Shown one piece after another: positions 46,907 to 58,300 of a stretch of 64,000 nucleotides of DNA (within the stretch, counting starts at the first letter, position 1; every line of letters starts with the position of its first letter). The stretch is from a delta proteobacterium MLS_D (GTDB lineage Bacteria; Desulfobacterota; Syntrophia; Syntrophales; UBA2210): contig LQBH01000013.1 of assembly GCA_002030015.1 (NCBI GenBank), forward strand, positions 145,218-209,217, in the 5' to 3' direction. The position numbers were made by a program, and so were the translations under genes. The notes beneath the pieces were generated by a model. That model did no database searches and had not been told where the DNA came from. It was given only the letters and a program-made list of their open reading frames with translations.

Positions 46907-48416
46907 TCGCGTCCCGCGACCATTGTTTCAGGAATTCAAGCAACAGGCGGACGCCGACGCCGGATGCGCCCTTCGGGATGTATCCCTTGTCTTTGGCCAG
47001 GAACGACGGTCCCGCGATGTCCAGGTGCGCCCATGGTGTGTCCCCCACGAATTTTTTCAGAAAGAGCGCCGCGGTGATGGCGCCTCCGGATCGGGCACCC
47101 GCGTTTTTCATGTCCGCCACGTCACTTTTGATAAGATCGTCATATTCCTCCCAGAGGGGGAGTTCCCAGAGCGTCTCGCCTGTTGTTTCGGAGGCAGTTC
47201 TGAGAAGATCCTTGAGGCTGTTGTCGTTGCCCAGCATGCCTGTCAGGTGGTCGCCCAGGGCGACTATGCAGGCGCCCGTCAGGGTGGCGATATCGATCAG
47301 GACGGCCGGTTTGAAACGTCGAGCGTAGGTGAGCGCGTCGGCGAGAATCAAGCGTCCCTCGGCGTCGGTATTGACGACTTCGATGGTTTGTCCCGAAAGC
47401 GAGCGAAGAACATCCCCGGGTCTGTAAGCGCGGTCTCCCGGCATGTTTTCGACAGACGGAACCAGCCCGACGAGATTCAGGGGAAGCTTCAGGGCGGCGG
47501 CGGCCTTGAGGACAGACAGTACCACGGCGCCGCCGGCCATGTCGTCTTTCATGGTTTCCATGCCCGAGGTGGGCTTGAGATCGAGACCGCCGCTGTCGAA
47601 CGTAACGCCCTTGCCAACCAGTACGACCGGTGCTGATTTCGACGCGCCCCCCTGATAATTGAGGACGATCAGTTTCGGCGGCTGGGCGCTTCCGCAGGCG
47701 ACGCCGAGCAGGGCGTTCATGCCGATTCGTTTCATCGCCGTGGCGTCGATAATATTGACCGAAAGTGTTTTTGATCGGCCCGCCTGCCGGGCGGTGTCCG
47801 CCAGTTTCGAAGGGGTCATTTCGTTGGCCGGGGTAGTGACAAGGTCGCGGGTGAGTGTTACGGCGTCACAGATTATGCGAGCTTCGTGGAGCGACTTTCT
47901 CGCCATTTCCGCGGATGACGGATCGTCGGCTATAAGCGTGATGGACGAAACATCGGGCGGGTCGGTCCGCGCTGTTTTGAAGGTTTCGAAACGATAAAGT
48001 CCCAGGAGCATTCCTTCGACGGCGGCGCTCGTCGATTCGTAGAGGTGAAGCGTGTCGTTTCCGAAATCCAGGGAAAGGGAGAAGCTCCGAATCCTGCTTT
48101 CGCGAAGCGTCCGCGCCGCGCCGGCAAAGGCGACTCGTATCTTTTCCCGCGTTAATTCTTTCTGCGGGCCGAGTCCGAGCATGAGAATACGTTTCGACGG
48201 CAATTTTCCTTCCGTGTATACCAGCTTGGTTTCATTGAGTTTGCCGGTGAAATCGCCTAAATCGACTATCCGGGAAAGCAGCCCGCCGCCTTTTTCATTC
48301 AGGCGTCGTGCGGCGCCTTCAAGCGAAGTTACCGTATCTTCGTGACAACCGACGATCAGGGCTTCGGTTTTGCAGCTTTCCGGTGTTTTTTTCGCGATCG
48401 AGATTTTCATGGCCAA
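46890..48416 (-). CDS. pepA: Leucyl aminopeptidase (M17)
   Basis: 508 aa. VGKGVTFDSGGLDLK and NTDAEGRLILADAL are the M17 signatures. Confidence 0.9.
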   Translation of the reverse strand: MAMKISIAKKTPESCKTEALIVGCHEDTVTSLEGAARRLNEKGGGLLSRIVDLGDFTGKLNETKLVYTEGKLPSKRILMLGLGPQKELTREKIRVAFAGAARTLRESRIRSFSLSLDFGNDTLHLYESTSAAVEGMLLGLYRFETFKTARTDPPDVSSITLIADDPSSAEMARKSLHEARIICDAVTLTRDLVTTPANEMTPSKLADTARQAGRSKTLSVNIIDATAMKRIGMNALLGVACGSAQPPKLIVLNYQGGASKSAPVVLVGKGVTFDSGGLDLKPTSGMETMKDDMAGGAVVLSVLKAAAALKLPLNLVGLVPSVENMPGDRAYRPGDVLRSLSGQTIEVVNTDAEGRLILADALTYARRFKPAVLIDIATLTGACIVALGDHLTGMLGNDNSLKDLLRTASETTGETLWELPLWEEYDDLIKSDVADMKNAGARSGGAITAALFLKKFVGDTPWAHLDIAGPSFLAKDKGYIPKGASGVGVRLLLEFLKQWSRDANGSNS

Positions 48417-48549
48417 TGAACTCTCCTTTCCGAATCAATGTCAAGCAGGTACGTCCCGCGAACTTCGCTCCCACATATCACATGCGGCGGTATAATCAAA
48501 GACGGTGGTGATGCTGAAAAGGGCAGGGCGACAGAGATTATATGGACCG

Positions 48550-49959
48550 TCACGCCTCCATTGTTTCCATCGCCTTTCGAATATCACCGGCCTGGGTGCT
48601 GTCGGTGGACAGATGCTCGAGGGCGGTGCGGAAATGGAAGAGGGCGCTTTGCGTCTTGCCGATTTTTTTAAAATAAAACCCAAAATAATAATGTGACTGG
48701 CCGAGCTCACCCGTGTTCCCGTAATTGACGGCGAGATGGTAGAGGGTGTCTTCATCTTCGGGATCGATCGTGTTGACATGCCGCAAATACGTGATGGCCT
48801 CTGCCGGTCGATTCATGGTTTCATGACACCTTCCCAGGTAAAAGAGAATGTCACGGTCTTCTTTTTTCAAGCCGTAGGCTCGTTTCAGCATGGCGAGCGC
48901 GTATTCCACGTTGCCTTGTTGAAAGAGACTTATACCGAAGTCCCTGGTAATTTCCCAGTCGAGTGGGCTCAGCTCCAGTGCCCTGCGAAAATGCCGGTGC
49001 GACGATTCGATTCGTCCCATTTCACTCTCCGACACGGCAAGTCCGTAGAGAGCTTCCGCGTCGTCGGGGGTGCGGTTGATCCGGTCGGAAAAGATGCGCA
49101 CGTTGTCTCGCGGTGTGCCGAACGCAAGATGTAACCGTGTCTGATACCGGGTGAGGCCGCCGATGATTTCTTTCGACCCTTTGTCGGAATAGCGCGTTTC
49201 CAGCAGCATGGTAAGATAGGTGATGCGATCCGAAGTTTTCGGATGGGTGAGAAAGTACGAAGGTACCGCTGTAGAATAATACTGGTTGAATTGCATGATC
49301 TTTAAGAATTCGAGCATGCCCCTGCCGTTGTAACCCGCGCCGGTCAGGTAGGCCATGCCGAGGCGGTCCGCTTCCTCTTCATGTTCACGGCTGTATTTCA
49401 GGCTCATCGTCGTTGAAGTGGCGCTTGCCAGACCTCCCATGACGGCCGCTCCTTCACCGCCGCCGAGGAACGCCCCGGCAATGATCGCGGCCAGCGTGGC
49501 GATACTTTGCTGCTTTGATTTGGCGATCATCTGGGCGATGTGCCGGGCCTGAATATGGGCTATCTCGTGGGCCAGGACTCCTGCCAGCTGGCTCTCGTTT
49601 TCCACCAGATTGATAAGTCCCGTGAAGAGGTAAATGTAGCCGCCTGGAGTCGCGAAGGCGTTGATGCCCGAACTGCGGATGACGGAAAAGGTGAAATCAA
49701 GAGGATATTGATTGTCCTGCGTGAGAAGACGCCGCCCGACTTTATCAATATACTCGGTCAGCCGCTCATCTTTCACGAGCATGTCGGCTTCCTTGATTTT
49801 GTCGTAGAATTCCTTTCCCAGCCGCTTCTCATCCTCGTAAGTGAAAGCGGCGCAAGAAGGCACGGGAAACGCCGTCCCGAAAACGGTCACCAGTGTGACC
49901 AGGAAGATCACCCGCAGCACTATAGAAATCCGGTTCTTCTTCATAAAACGTTTCGTCAC
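48550..49959 (-). CDS. M48-family Zn metalloprotease with C-terminal TPR repeats (BepA/YfgC-like)
   Basis: Signal peptide, HEIAH zinc motif (VLAHEIAHIQARH), and a TPR-like C-terminal half. Confidence 0.8.
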   Translation of the reverse strand: MTKRFMKKNRISIVLRVIFLVTLVTVFGTAFPVPSCAAFTYEDEKRLGKEFYDKIKEADMLVKDERLTEYIDKVGRRLLTQDNQYPLDFTFSVIRSSGINAFATPGGYIYLFTGLINLVENESQLAGVLAHEIAHIQARHIAQMIAKSKQQSIATLAAIIAGAFLGGGEGAAVMGGLASATSTTMSLKYSREHEEEADRLGMAYLTGAGYNGRGMLEFLKIMQFNQYYSTAVPSYFLTHPKTSDRITYLTMLLETRYSDKGSKEIIGGLTRYQTRLHLAFGTPRDNVRIFSDRINRTPDDAEALYGLAVSESEMGRIESSHRHFRRALELSPLDWEITRDFGISLFQQGNVEYALAMLKRAYGLKKEDRDILFYLGRCHETMNRPAEAITYLRHVNTIDPEDEDTLYHLAVNYGNTGELGQSHYYFGFYFKKIGKTQSALFHFRTALEHLSTDSTQAGDIRKAMETMEA

Positions 49960-50468
49960 TTCCGCTTATAATTGTGAATGATGATAACGTGTTTTGGGTT
50001 TTCAGGCAAGGCAATGCAGTGATCCATAATCTGCGATCAATTGTCTGTAAAGCACGTTATTTACCCCGGCCACCCTGAGGCCCATATTTACCCGGTCATC
50101 CTGAGCTCCGTTGAAGGATAGACCGGGCGAGCACGAGATTTGAACTGTCTGTACCATGAACAGGCAAAACCAATCGCTGATTTTGGGGGTAAACGGCAAC
50201 GCGGTCGTCCTTCGTACCGCGTGACGTCTAATCCGTTTGAAAAATCGGGACAAAAAAAGTACATCCAGAACGAAACGTATGTCTTTCGTCCGGCAGGAAG
50301 AATTGCGCCTCATATGAAACATGCCGGTGTACGATTCGTGCTTTGACAGCATTACGGTTCTGTGGTAGTGGGGCTTTTTTATTTTCCCGGGTGACGTGTT
50401 TTTTCGGGAAGATTTCCCCGGTGGGGCGGCGTTTGTGACTGTTCCGGGGCGGTTGACGAGGGGGGCTG

Positions 50469-51176
50469 GTGGACGGCAGGAGAAAAAGACCGATTATCGT
50501 GGTTGACGGTCCAGCCGGTACGGGTAAAAGTACTGTGTGCAGCCTGTTTGCCGAACGAGCGGGCTACTGTTGCCTCGATACGGGGGCCCTGTACAGGACT
50601 GTCGCCTGGCTTGCCCGTGAACGGTCAGTGTCGCTGGATGATGAAGACCGCCTGGCCCTTTTATGCGGTGCCATCTCGGTCGTCGTGGATGAGGCCGCCG
50701 GTCGAATGAGAATTTTTGCCGACGGAGAAGAGATGGATCAGCGGATTCGGACGGACGAGACAGGAATGGCGGCCTCCCGGGTTTCGGGCCTGCCGGGCGT
50801 CCGGCGGGCGTTGCTGCCGCTTCAGAGAGCGGCAGGAGCGGCGGGCGGTATTATCGCGGAAGGGCGTGATATGGGAACGGTCGTGTTCCCGGATGCCGAC
50901 ATAAAAATATTTTTGGACGCCGACCCGTCGGAACGGGCGAAACGACGATATCGGGAATTGACCGAACGTGGTGAAAAAGCGGATTACGATGAAGTGTTGA
51001 AAGACATGTCGTTTCGGGACGAACAGGATATGACGAGGTCGGTAGCGCCGCTGAGACCGGCCGATGACGCGATAGTCCTGGATACGACGAGGATGAACCG
51101 TGAGGAGGTCGTTCAGTCGGTCATGGAAATCGTCCGGTCGAAAAGGGCGGTTTCTCACGAGTCTTCGGTCCTTTAA
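50469..51176 (+). CDS. cmk: Cytidylate kinase
   Basis: IIVVDGPAGTGKSTV P-loop. GRDMGTVVFPDADIKIFLDA. Conserved cmk-rpsA synteny. Confidence 0.9.
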   Translation: MDGRRKRPIIVVDGPAGTGKSTVCSLFAERAGYCCLDTGALYRTVAWLARERSVSLDDEDRLALLCGAISVVVDEAAGRMRIFADGEEMDQRIRTDETGMAASRVSGLPGVRRALLPLQRAAGAAGGIIAEGRDMGTVVFPDADIKIFLDADPSERAKRRYRELTERGEKADYDEVLKDMSFRDEQDMTRSVAPLRPADDAIVLDTTRMNREEVVQSVMEIVRSKRAVSHESSVL

Positions 51177-51267
51177 ATCGCCAAATTGCTTGATATTTCA
51201 TTTTCACTGTGGTAGCAGTTGAAGTTCAAACAATAGCTATATATTAAGCCCAGGGGGTATTTGGTTA

Positions 51268-53016
51268 ATGGTTAACGATGATAACGTAACAACCGGACAT
51301 CCGGAAGAAACGCCGGAAACGGAAAACATGCTTGACGAGAAAAAAGCGGCGCCGGACCAGAGTGAGACGATGTCCTTCGACGAGCTGTTTGAACAGAGCC
51401 TGCAGGACATATCGACCGGCAGGATGGTAACAGGTCGTGTGGTGGAAATTACCGGTGAATCAATCATGGTCGACGTGGGATATAAGACTGAGGGGCGGAT
51501 AAACGCGGCTGAGTTCAAGGACGAAAACGGTGTCATAGCCTGTTCCGTTGGCGACGAGATAGAAGTTGTGGTGGACCGGAAGACCGAAGAAGATCTTATC
51601 CTTTCCCGTGACAAGGCAATAAGGGCGAGAGTATGGGATGACATAGTCGAGGCACATAACAACAACACCTGTATCGAAGGAACGATCGTCAGGAAGGTCA
51701 AGGGCGGTCTCACCGTCGACATAGGCGGTTGCCAGGCTTTTCTGCCGGGATCACAGGTCGATGTGCGGCCCGTGCGCGATCTTGACCGGTATATCGGCGA
51801 GACGACGGAATTCGAGATTCTGAAATACGACAGAAAAAGAAACAACGTCGTTATATCACGAAAAACGATTCTCGAACGAGAGCAGGAAGAACGCAAGAAA
51901 GAGATTCTGGCGACCATCGAAGAAGGCATGGTAATGGACGGGGTGGTAAAGAATATAACAGATTACGGCCTCTTCGTAGACCTGGGAGGTATCGACGGTC
52001 TTCTTCATATCACGGATATGTCCTGGGGCAGGATCAGACACCCCTCGGAAAATTTTTCGCGTGGGGACACCATCACTGTCAAGGTTCTCAGCTTTGATCC
52101 GGAGAGGGAGCGAGTATCCCTGGGGTTGAAGCAGTTGACGGAAAACCCCTGGGATTCGATCGTTGAAACCTATACCGTCGGATCCACCGTCGAAGGTCAC
52201 GTGGTCAGCATCATGGATTACGGTGTTTTCGTTGAACTGGAGCCTGGTGTGGAAGGCCTGGTTCACGTATCGGAAATGTTCTGGACAAAGAAAATACGCC
52301 ATCCATCAAAAATCGTGTCCGTCGGCGACGAAGTCCAGGTCCAGGTGCTGGAGGTCGATCCGACCAACAAGCGGATTTCACTGGGCTTGAAGCAGACCAT
52401 GCCGAATCCTTGGGAACTCATCAAGGAACAATATCCCGAGGGAAGCGTCATTACGGGTAAAATTAAAAATATTACGGACTTCGGTGTTTTTGTCGGTATC
52501 GATGAAGAGATAGACGGTCTGGTGCATGTGTCCGACCTTTCGTGGAAAAAGCGGGTTCGGCATCCTTCGGAGCTGTACAAAAAGGGGCAGGAAATCGAGG
52601 CGATGGTGCTCAACATAGATGTGGAAAACGGCAAGTTTTCCCTTGGCGTGAAACAGCTCGAACCGAATCCCTGGGAATTGTTGAAAGAGAAGTACGGTGT
52701 CGGCGGTGTGATAACGGGCGTCGTGACGAATGTGACGGACTTCGGTGTTTTTGTGGAAATAGAGGAAGACATCGAAGGGCTGGTTCATATATCGGAAATA
52801 AGCAAGAACCGCGTCAAGGCGGCCGGCGATGTGCTGCACGAAGGCGATACGGTAACGGCAGTCATCAAGAGTATCGACATGGAAAACCAGAAGGTGGCTC
52901 TCAGCATCAAGGATTACGAACAGTCAGCGGAACCTTCATCGCAACGACAGTATGTCAATAATAATGAGAAAGTCGTTTCCAACCTCGGTGATCTTCTGGC
53001 GAATATAAAAATGTAG
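51268..53016 (+). CDS. rpsA: 30S ribosomal protein S1
   Basis: 582 aa with six S1 repeats (e.g. GVVKNITDYGLFVDLGGIDGLLHITDMSW). Confidence 0.95.
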   Translation: MVNDDNVTTGHPEETPETENMLDEKKAAPDQSETMSFDELFEQSLQDISTGRMVTGRVVEITGESIMVDVGYKTEGRINAAEFKDENGVIACSVGDEIEVVVDRKTEEDLILSRDKAIRARVWDDIVEAHNNNTCIEGTIVRKVKGGLTVDIGGCQAFLPGSQVDVRPVRDLDRYIGETTEFEILKYDRKRNNVVISRKTILEREQEERKKEILATIEEGMVMDGVVKNITDYGLFVDLGGIDGLLHITDMSWGRIRHPSENFSRGDTITVKVLSFDPERERVSLGLKQLTENPWDSIVETYTVGSTVEGHVVSIMDYGVFVELEPGVEGLVHVSEMFWTKKIRHPSKIVSVGDEVQVQVLEVDPTNKRISLGLKQTMPNPWELIKEQYPEGSVITGKIKNITDFGVFVGIDEEIDGLVHVSDLSWKKRVRHPSELYKKGQEIEAMVLNIDVENGKFSLGVKQLEPNPWELLKEKYGVGGVITGVVTNVTDFGVFVEIEEDIEGLVHISEISKNRVKAAGDVLHEGDTVTAVIKSIDMENQKVALSIKDYEQSAEPSSQRQYVNNNEKVVSNLGDLLANIKM

Positions 53017-53062
53017 GACAACCCCGGAATATTTCCGCGTTGGGGGCATTCGACGCGTCATT

Positions 53063-53971
53063 ATGCGTATGAGAAACCACCCCATATTCTTCGGCCTGTT
53101 GCTGCTCGCGGCAATAGGCCTGTTCTTTGTCCTGGCGGCGTATGCTGTTCTCACCGCCGCGAAGGGAGATGCTTTTCTGTCGGCAGGCGGTCCGAAGATA
53201 GCAGTCGTCGAGGTTGAGGGTATAATAAGCGATTCGCGGGATGTGGTTGAGCAGCTCGACATCTACGAAAAGAATAACGATGTCAGGGCCGTCATACTGA
53301 GGATCAATTCGCCGGGCGGTGGCGTCGTTCCGTCTCAGGAGATCTACGCGAAGGTTTTGAAGGTTCGTGAACGGAAGACAGTTGTTGTCTCGATGGGCGT
53401 TCTCGCGGCCTCGGGCGGGTATTATATAGCCTCGGCGGCGGACCGCATCGTGGCCAATCCGGGAACGGTCACCGGCAGCATCGGCGTCATCATGCAGTTT
53501 TCACAATTCGACGAGCTTCTTGAAAAAATCGGGTTGAAAACCCGGGTTATCAAGAGCGGCGTATACAAGGACACGGGATCGCCGTTCAGGGACATGACCG
53601 CCGAGGAACGGCTCATTCTGCAGGACATGGTCGATGATATTCACGACCAGTTCATCGAGGCGGTTCTGGCCAATCGCGATATTTCCAGGGAGAAGCTTAT
53701 GGAAATATCCGAAGCGCGGATATTCACCGGGCGGCAGGCATTGAAGGAGGGGCTCGTCGATGAACTGGGAGGGTTCGAGGATGCCGTGACGGTAGCGGCG
53801 ACTCTCGCGGGTATCGTGGGTGAACCGACGGTACTGTATCCACAAAAGAAGAAAGGCCTTCTTCGTTACCTTTTGAGCGAGGCGGCTTCGGCACTGACCG
53901 GGGCATTGCTGGAAAACGACGTGAATGTGAGCTACCTCTACCGGGACGGCATTCCTTCTCTTTCCAGGTAA
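53063..53971 (+). CDS. sppA: Signal peptide peptidase SppA, 36K type
   Basis: N-terminal TM, INSPGGGV and SGGYYIASAADRIVANPGTVTGSIGV. Confidence 0.85.
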   Translation: MRMRNHPIFFGLLLLAAIGLFFVLAAYAVLTAAKGDAFLSAGGPKIAVVEVEGIISDSRDVVEQLDIYEKNNDVRAVILRINSPGGGVVPSQEIYAKVLKVRERKTVVVSMGVLAASGGYYIASAADRIVANPGTVTGSIGVIMQFSQFDELLEKIGLKTRVIKSGVYKDTGSPFRDMTAEERLILQDMVDDIHDQFIEAVLANRDISREKLMEISEARIFTGRQALKEGLVDELGGFEDAVTVAATLAGIVGEPTVLYPQKKKGLLRYLLSEAASALTGALLENDVNVSYLYRDGIPSLSR

Positions 53972-54071
53972 ACGATAAAACAGGAAGAAACGGGAGCCGG
54001 TGGAGACATTAGGGGTGCTTTTCCCTTTCAGGGTCGGCACATAATTACAAATCAGGCGGATTACTGAAACA

Positions 54072-54860
54072 ATGGAAAAAGAGTACAAAACCATACTCGT
54101 AGTTGAGGAAGAAGGATTCGCGACGATAACCCTGAACCGGCCCGATGAAATGAACGCCATTTCACGGGAGATGCAGCTGGAATTGCTCGACTGTTTCACC
54201 CGCATGGAGGACAATGACGGTGTACGGGCCGTGGTCATAACAGGCGGCGATTACGTATTTTCGGCCGGCATAGACCTGAAGGAGCTGTCTTCGCTGCCGC
54301 GCGAGGACGACAACGGAGAATACATCACGTCAATGATAAAATATCTCCAGCAGATCTATACCTTTAAACGCCCCGTCATCGCGGCCGTCGGCGGCATTGC
54401 TCTGGGCGGCGGGTTTAATCTGGTAACGGTGTGCGACATGATCATCGCTTCAGAAACCGCCATTTTCGGGCACCCGGAACTGAAATTCGGCCTCAACCCG
54501 CTTTTCAATCCCCTTGCCCGTTTTGTCGGAACCGCGAAAGCGAAGGAAATCACCATGCTTGGTGAACCCATCGGCGCCCGCGAGGCGATGCGCATCGGAT
54601 TGGTCAACAAGGTGATGCCGCCGGAAATGTTCCTTGAAGAGGCGAAGTCCATGGCACGGGAACTTGCGCGGCGACCGGCCCGGGCAATCGAGGCGGTGAA
54701 AAAACTTTCAGACATCGTTCGGCGTTTGGATAAGAAAACAGCGCTGGAACATGAATTCGAAATAACCGCGTTACTTTACACCCTCAAGGAAAGCAAGGAG
54801 CATATGAGTCGCTTTCTGGAAGAGATGGAGACGCGAAAAATAAAAAAGGATCCATCGTAG
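54072..54860 (+). CDS. Enoyl-CoA hydratase/isomerase (crotonase family)
   Basis: VITGGDYVFSAGIDLKE and GGGFNLVTVCDMIIASETAIFGHPELKFGL. Confidence 0.85.
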   Translation: MEKEYKTILVVEEEGFATITLNRPDEMNAISREMQLELLDCFTRMEDNDGVRAVVITGGDYVFSAGIDLKELSSLPREDDNGEYITSMIKYLQQIYTFKRPVIAAVGGIALGGGFNLVTVCDMIIASETAIFGHPELKFGLNPLFNPLARFVGTAKAKEITMLGEPIGAREAMRIGLVNKVMPPEMFLEEAKSMARELARRPARAIEAVKKLSDIVRRLDKKTALEHEFEITALLYTLKESKEHMSRFLEEMETRKIKKDPS

Positions 54861-54911
54861 CGGATCCCTTGTTTAATAAAAAGCGGCAGAAAAATTATAA
54901 TGTTAAAGTGC

Positions 54912-55187
54912 TTATTCTTCGTAGAGCTGGCTTGCGAAGTCCAGTAGCTGGTCTTTCCGTTTCTTGTGCTGAAGTTTTTTGAGAGCCTTTGCTTCTATCT
55001 GGCGTATCCGTTCACGGGTGACGCCCATCATTTCGCCGACCTCTTCAAGCGTAAAAGGACCATAATTACACGCAACCCAAGTACAGTTGCAGAATGTATC
55101 GGTCTTGAGCCACCAGTCGCAGGTCTTGTCCTGGCAAGGCTTCACGATGATTTCTCCCGTCTTTTTGCATCGGTAAAGACTGGTCAC
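54912..55187 (-). CDS. Stand-alone sigma70 region-4-like HTH protein with Cys-rich N-terminus
   Basis: 91 aa. [30 protein letters not shown] is a near-consensus sigma70 region 4.2. It is preceded by 7 Cys in about 40 aa (CKK...CQDKTCDWW...CNCTWVAC). Confidence 0.6.
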   Translation of the reverse strand: MTSLYRCKKTGEIIVKPCQDKTCDWWLKTDTFCNCTWVACNYGPFTLEEVGEMMGVTRERIRQIEAKALKKLQHKKRKDQLLDFASQLYEE

Positions 55188-55398
55188 TCGTTGTTTCCTT
55201 TCTTCCCCCGAGGGAGAGTCAACGGTTGTTCGCTGTTTTCTGTTTCCGCGTCACTCAGTGGATGGATGACAGCAATACATAACTAAACCTGATTACATAT
55301 AATGCTTGACCGTATTTTGTCAATTGAAAAGGTGCCGGAATACGCGATTGTTTTTACATGGTCGATCCCGAAAAAACTCGTTATCTGGATCGACTATA

Positions 55399-58300
55399 CT
55401 AAGGTTTCACTTCACGCCAGATCCCCGGGGCCGTGAAAAATATTCCCGCCCTGATCGGGGCTGATTGTGACTCTTCACGGGCTTCAACAAGTCGCCGGTA
55501 TGCCTTGATCTGATTCCGGTACCTGTTTGATTCAGACGTTATGTAATCATCGACACTCTGTCCGCCGGCGGGGCTGCCGCTCTTGAAATCAACGATCCAC
55601 CAGCACGTACCGTCGAACACGGCCAAGTCGATGGCGCCGGATCGAATCGACTCCGATGAAAGCGCCTCTTCCAGCTTCCATTCGGTATGAATAATGGCGC
55701 CGTCGGCGTTGAGCAGGCCCGCAATGAAAGGGGAATCCACTGTGTCGGCGGCTTCTTTGAGGAGGGTGGGGGCGATGTCGAGCGCGGATTGCCCGTCCAG
55801 TCCCTCACGTTTCAAGGCTTCTACGACCGATCGGGACGAGGGGAATCGCTTCTTTTCGATATAGTATTTCAAAAGTCGATGAAGAACAGTACCCCGTATC
55901 GCCGCTCTTGCGGGGATGAGCGCCGTATCCGCCGCGCTTTTGCCTGTTTCGGGGACGGGTTCTCCGGGGAAATCCCTGCCGGATGTTGCCTCGGGTATAA
56001 ACGAAGGCGACGGCGTCACGGTAAATTCAGGTTTTTCTGGCGTGATTATTATTGGAGGCGGCAGGGAAACAACCGTGCTATTTTTCACGTTCCTTCCGTC
56101 GTCGCCGGGGGGAGGAGGATTGACCGAGACAGAAAGGAATGAGTCTCCCGAAGAAGGAGTTTCTACGCCTGGATTGACCCGGCTTCTCGTTTCGTGTCCC
56201 AGGATCCACGTGAGCGGGCTGTCGGAAGGCGGCGAGAGACAGTCGTTCTTCTTGTCCGCGACACCGCTCATGACGAGATGGAACCGGGCACGGGTCGCCG
56301 CCACGTAGAACAGGCGTTTCGCCTCACCCCACGCCCTCTGTTTGCTGAACCGCTGGAGTATCTTGTAGAGGGGATGAGGGACGGAAGCTCGCCGGTCTTT
56401 CGCCGTGGCTATGAGGTGATCTTCACGCCGTCCCGGAATGCGCTCCACGAGGTAGGGAGGATTCTTGCTGTTACCCCCGGAAAGAGACCGCCAGTCAAGA
56501 AAGGGAAGAAATACTATGTCAAATTCAAGTCCCTTGGCGCGGTGAATGGTCATCATTTTTACGGGAGATCGGGCCGTCGTCGGGTCGACAGGTTCGTAAA
56601 AACCATCCATGAGGTTCTCGAAACGGGTCAGGCTTTCCTGGGGGGTTCCCCGATCGGCTTCGTTTAAAATTTCGCACAGGCGAATACAGTTGGCAACGCC
56701 GGCCATGCCGTAGACGGCCGCCGTTATTCCCGGGCCGTCCAGATCTTCCCAGAATTTTCGCACCACCGTACCAAGAGGATCCCTCCCGATCCGCATCATT
56801 CCCCGGTCAAGCGCGCGTATGATCGGCTGCAGTTCCCGCCGGTCGCGGCTTGTCCGCCGTATTTTGTCGATCCATGAATGACCTTCGGACAGGGCTGTCT
56901 CCACCAGAATGGAGATGTCGCACCACGACCAGGGTGAACGCAGCAGCGACGCCCAGGCAAGGTCGTCATGAGGGCGGACGAGAAGCCTGGCCATCTGAAT
57001 GAGGTGAGCCGTCTCCGGTCTGTCGGCGAGTCGAAGACCTTCTTCAACCTGGACGGGAACTCCAGCTTCGCGCAGGGCTCTCAGGTATCTTGTGAGTCGG
57101 TTTCTGGTAAAGAGAAGGATACCCAGGGACTGTGTTCCGCCCGTTTCGACGACGAGTTTTTTTACTTGCGACGCGAGCCAGACGGCTTCATTTTCACGAG
57201 CCCTGTCACGGTCGGGGTCGGAAAAGACGGCCAGGTCGAGACGGGGCGTCTCCCGTTCGCCGTTGATGCCCGCGGCCGTTGAGGGACTGAAGGGTGTTTC
57301 GTCGGCGTCCGCGTCGGGATCAGTCATCACTGTTGTTCCGAAAAGATCGTTCGTCCATTCGATCAGACGCTGGTGGGATCTGAAGTTCGTATCGAGGCGG
57401 AGGCTCGAGAGAATGAGAGGCGGCAATCCGGGGCGGGGAATACCGTCTTTCGCCTCGTAGAACAGGCCGACTTCGGCATTGCGAAAGGCGTAGATGGACT
57501 GTTTGGGGTCGCCGACGATGAAGACCGTTTTACCGTCGCCGGGTTCCCATCCGCTGACGAGGTATTTGAGCAGTTTCCACTGGGTCCGGTTCGTATCCTG
57601 AAATTCATCGATGAGAATATGTATGAGCCGGTGATCCAGAAAAAGAGACAACTCGGAGGGATCCGCGGTGTCGAGGATTCGGAGAGCGCACTGTTCGAGG
57701 CCCGTGAAATCGACGAGCGAGCGCCTCCGGCAGAGTTTTTCGTAATCGCCGATAACCTCGGCGCAGAGGATGATGAGATCGAAAAGCACGTCGATGTCAG
57801 CCGGGGACTCATCCTCGGCCGGGAATTCGCAGGTTTCCTTGAGAAGCGAGGCAAGGCGGTGCGGCATGCCGGTGATGCGGCTTCCCCACTCGCTTTTTTG
57901 AAAACCCTGGTAGAATCCCGTTTTCGGACCAAGTTGCTTGCGGGGCGTTCCTTCCTTTGTCAGGAGCACGCCGGCGACGGCCTTCCAGAGGTAAAGATTC
58001 TCCCAGCGGGCTGACGGAGCCTGTCGGGGAAGCATTCCCGCTGCCGCGGCGCCCTCGGCTTCAAGGTGATGAATGAATTCGTTCCAGCGGTGGCCCAGTT
58101 CGCTTCGCACGAAATATTTCTCGAGTTCGGCAAGTCGTCGCTCTACGTAAAAACAGGTGCGTTCTTTCAGGACGGCGGTCAGGCGGGTGGGGTCGGATCC
58201 TCCCGATTCACGTATCGTTCCCGTCAGGTCGGCGAAGCTGTCTCTCCGCTGGATAATGTCCGCCAGTTCATCCTCCAGGTCGCGCCGGTTGTTGTCGTGG

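Noticed and set aside
49960-50468. ~500-bp intergenic region between the M48 peptidase and cmk, checked for a housekeeping ncRNA (6S, SRP, RNase P, tmRNA)
   Set aside because: None of the conserved cores I know is present on either strand (GAGGAAAGUCC of RNase P, the AGGAAGCAGCC-like SRP domain IV, the tmRNA 5' end). Only small hairpins are seen. An Rfam scan would be needed.
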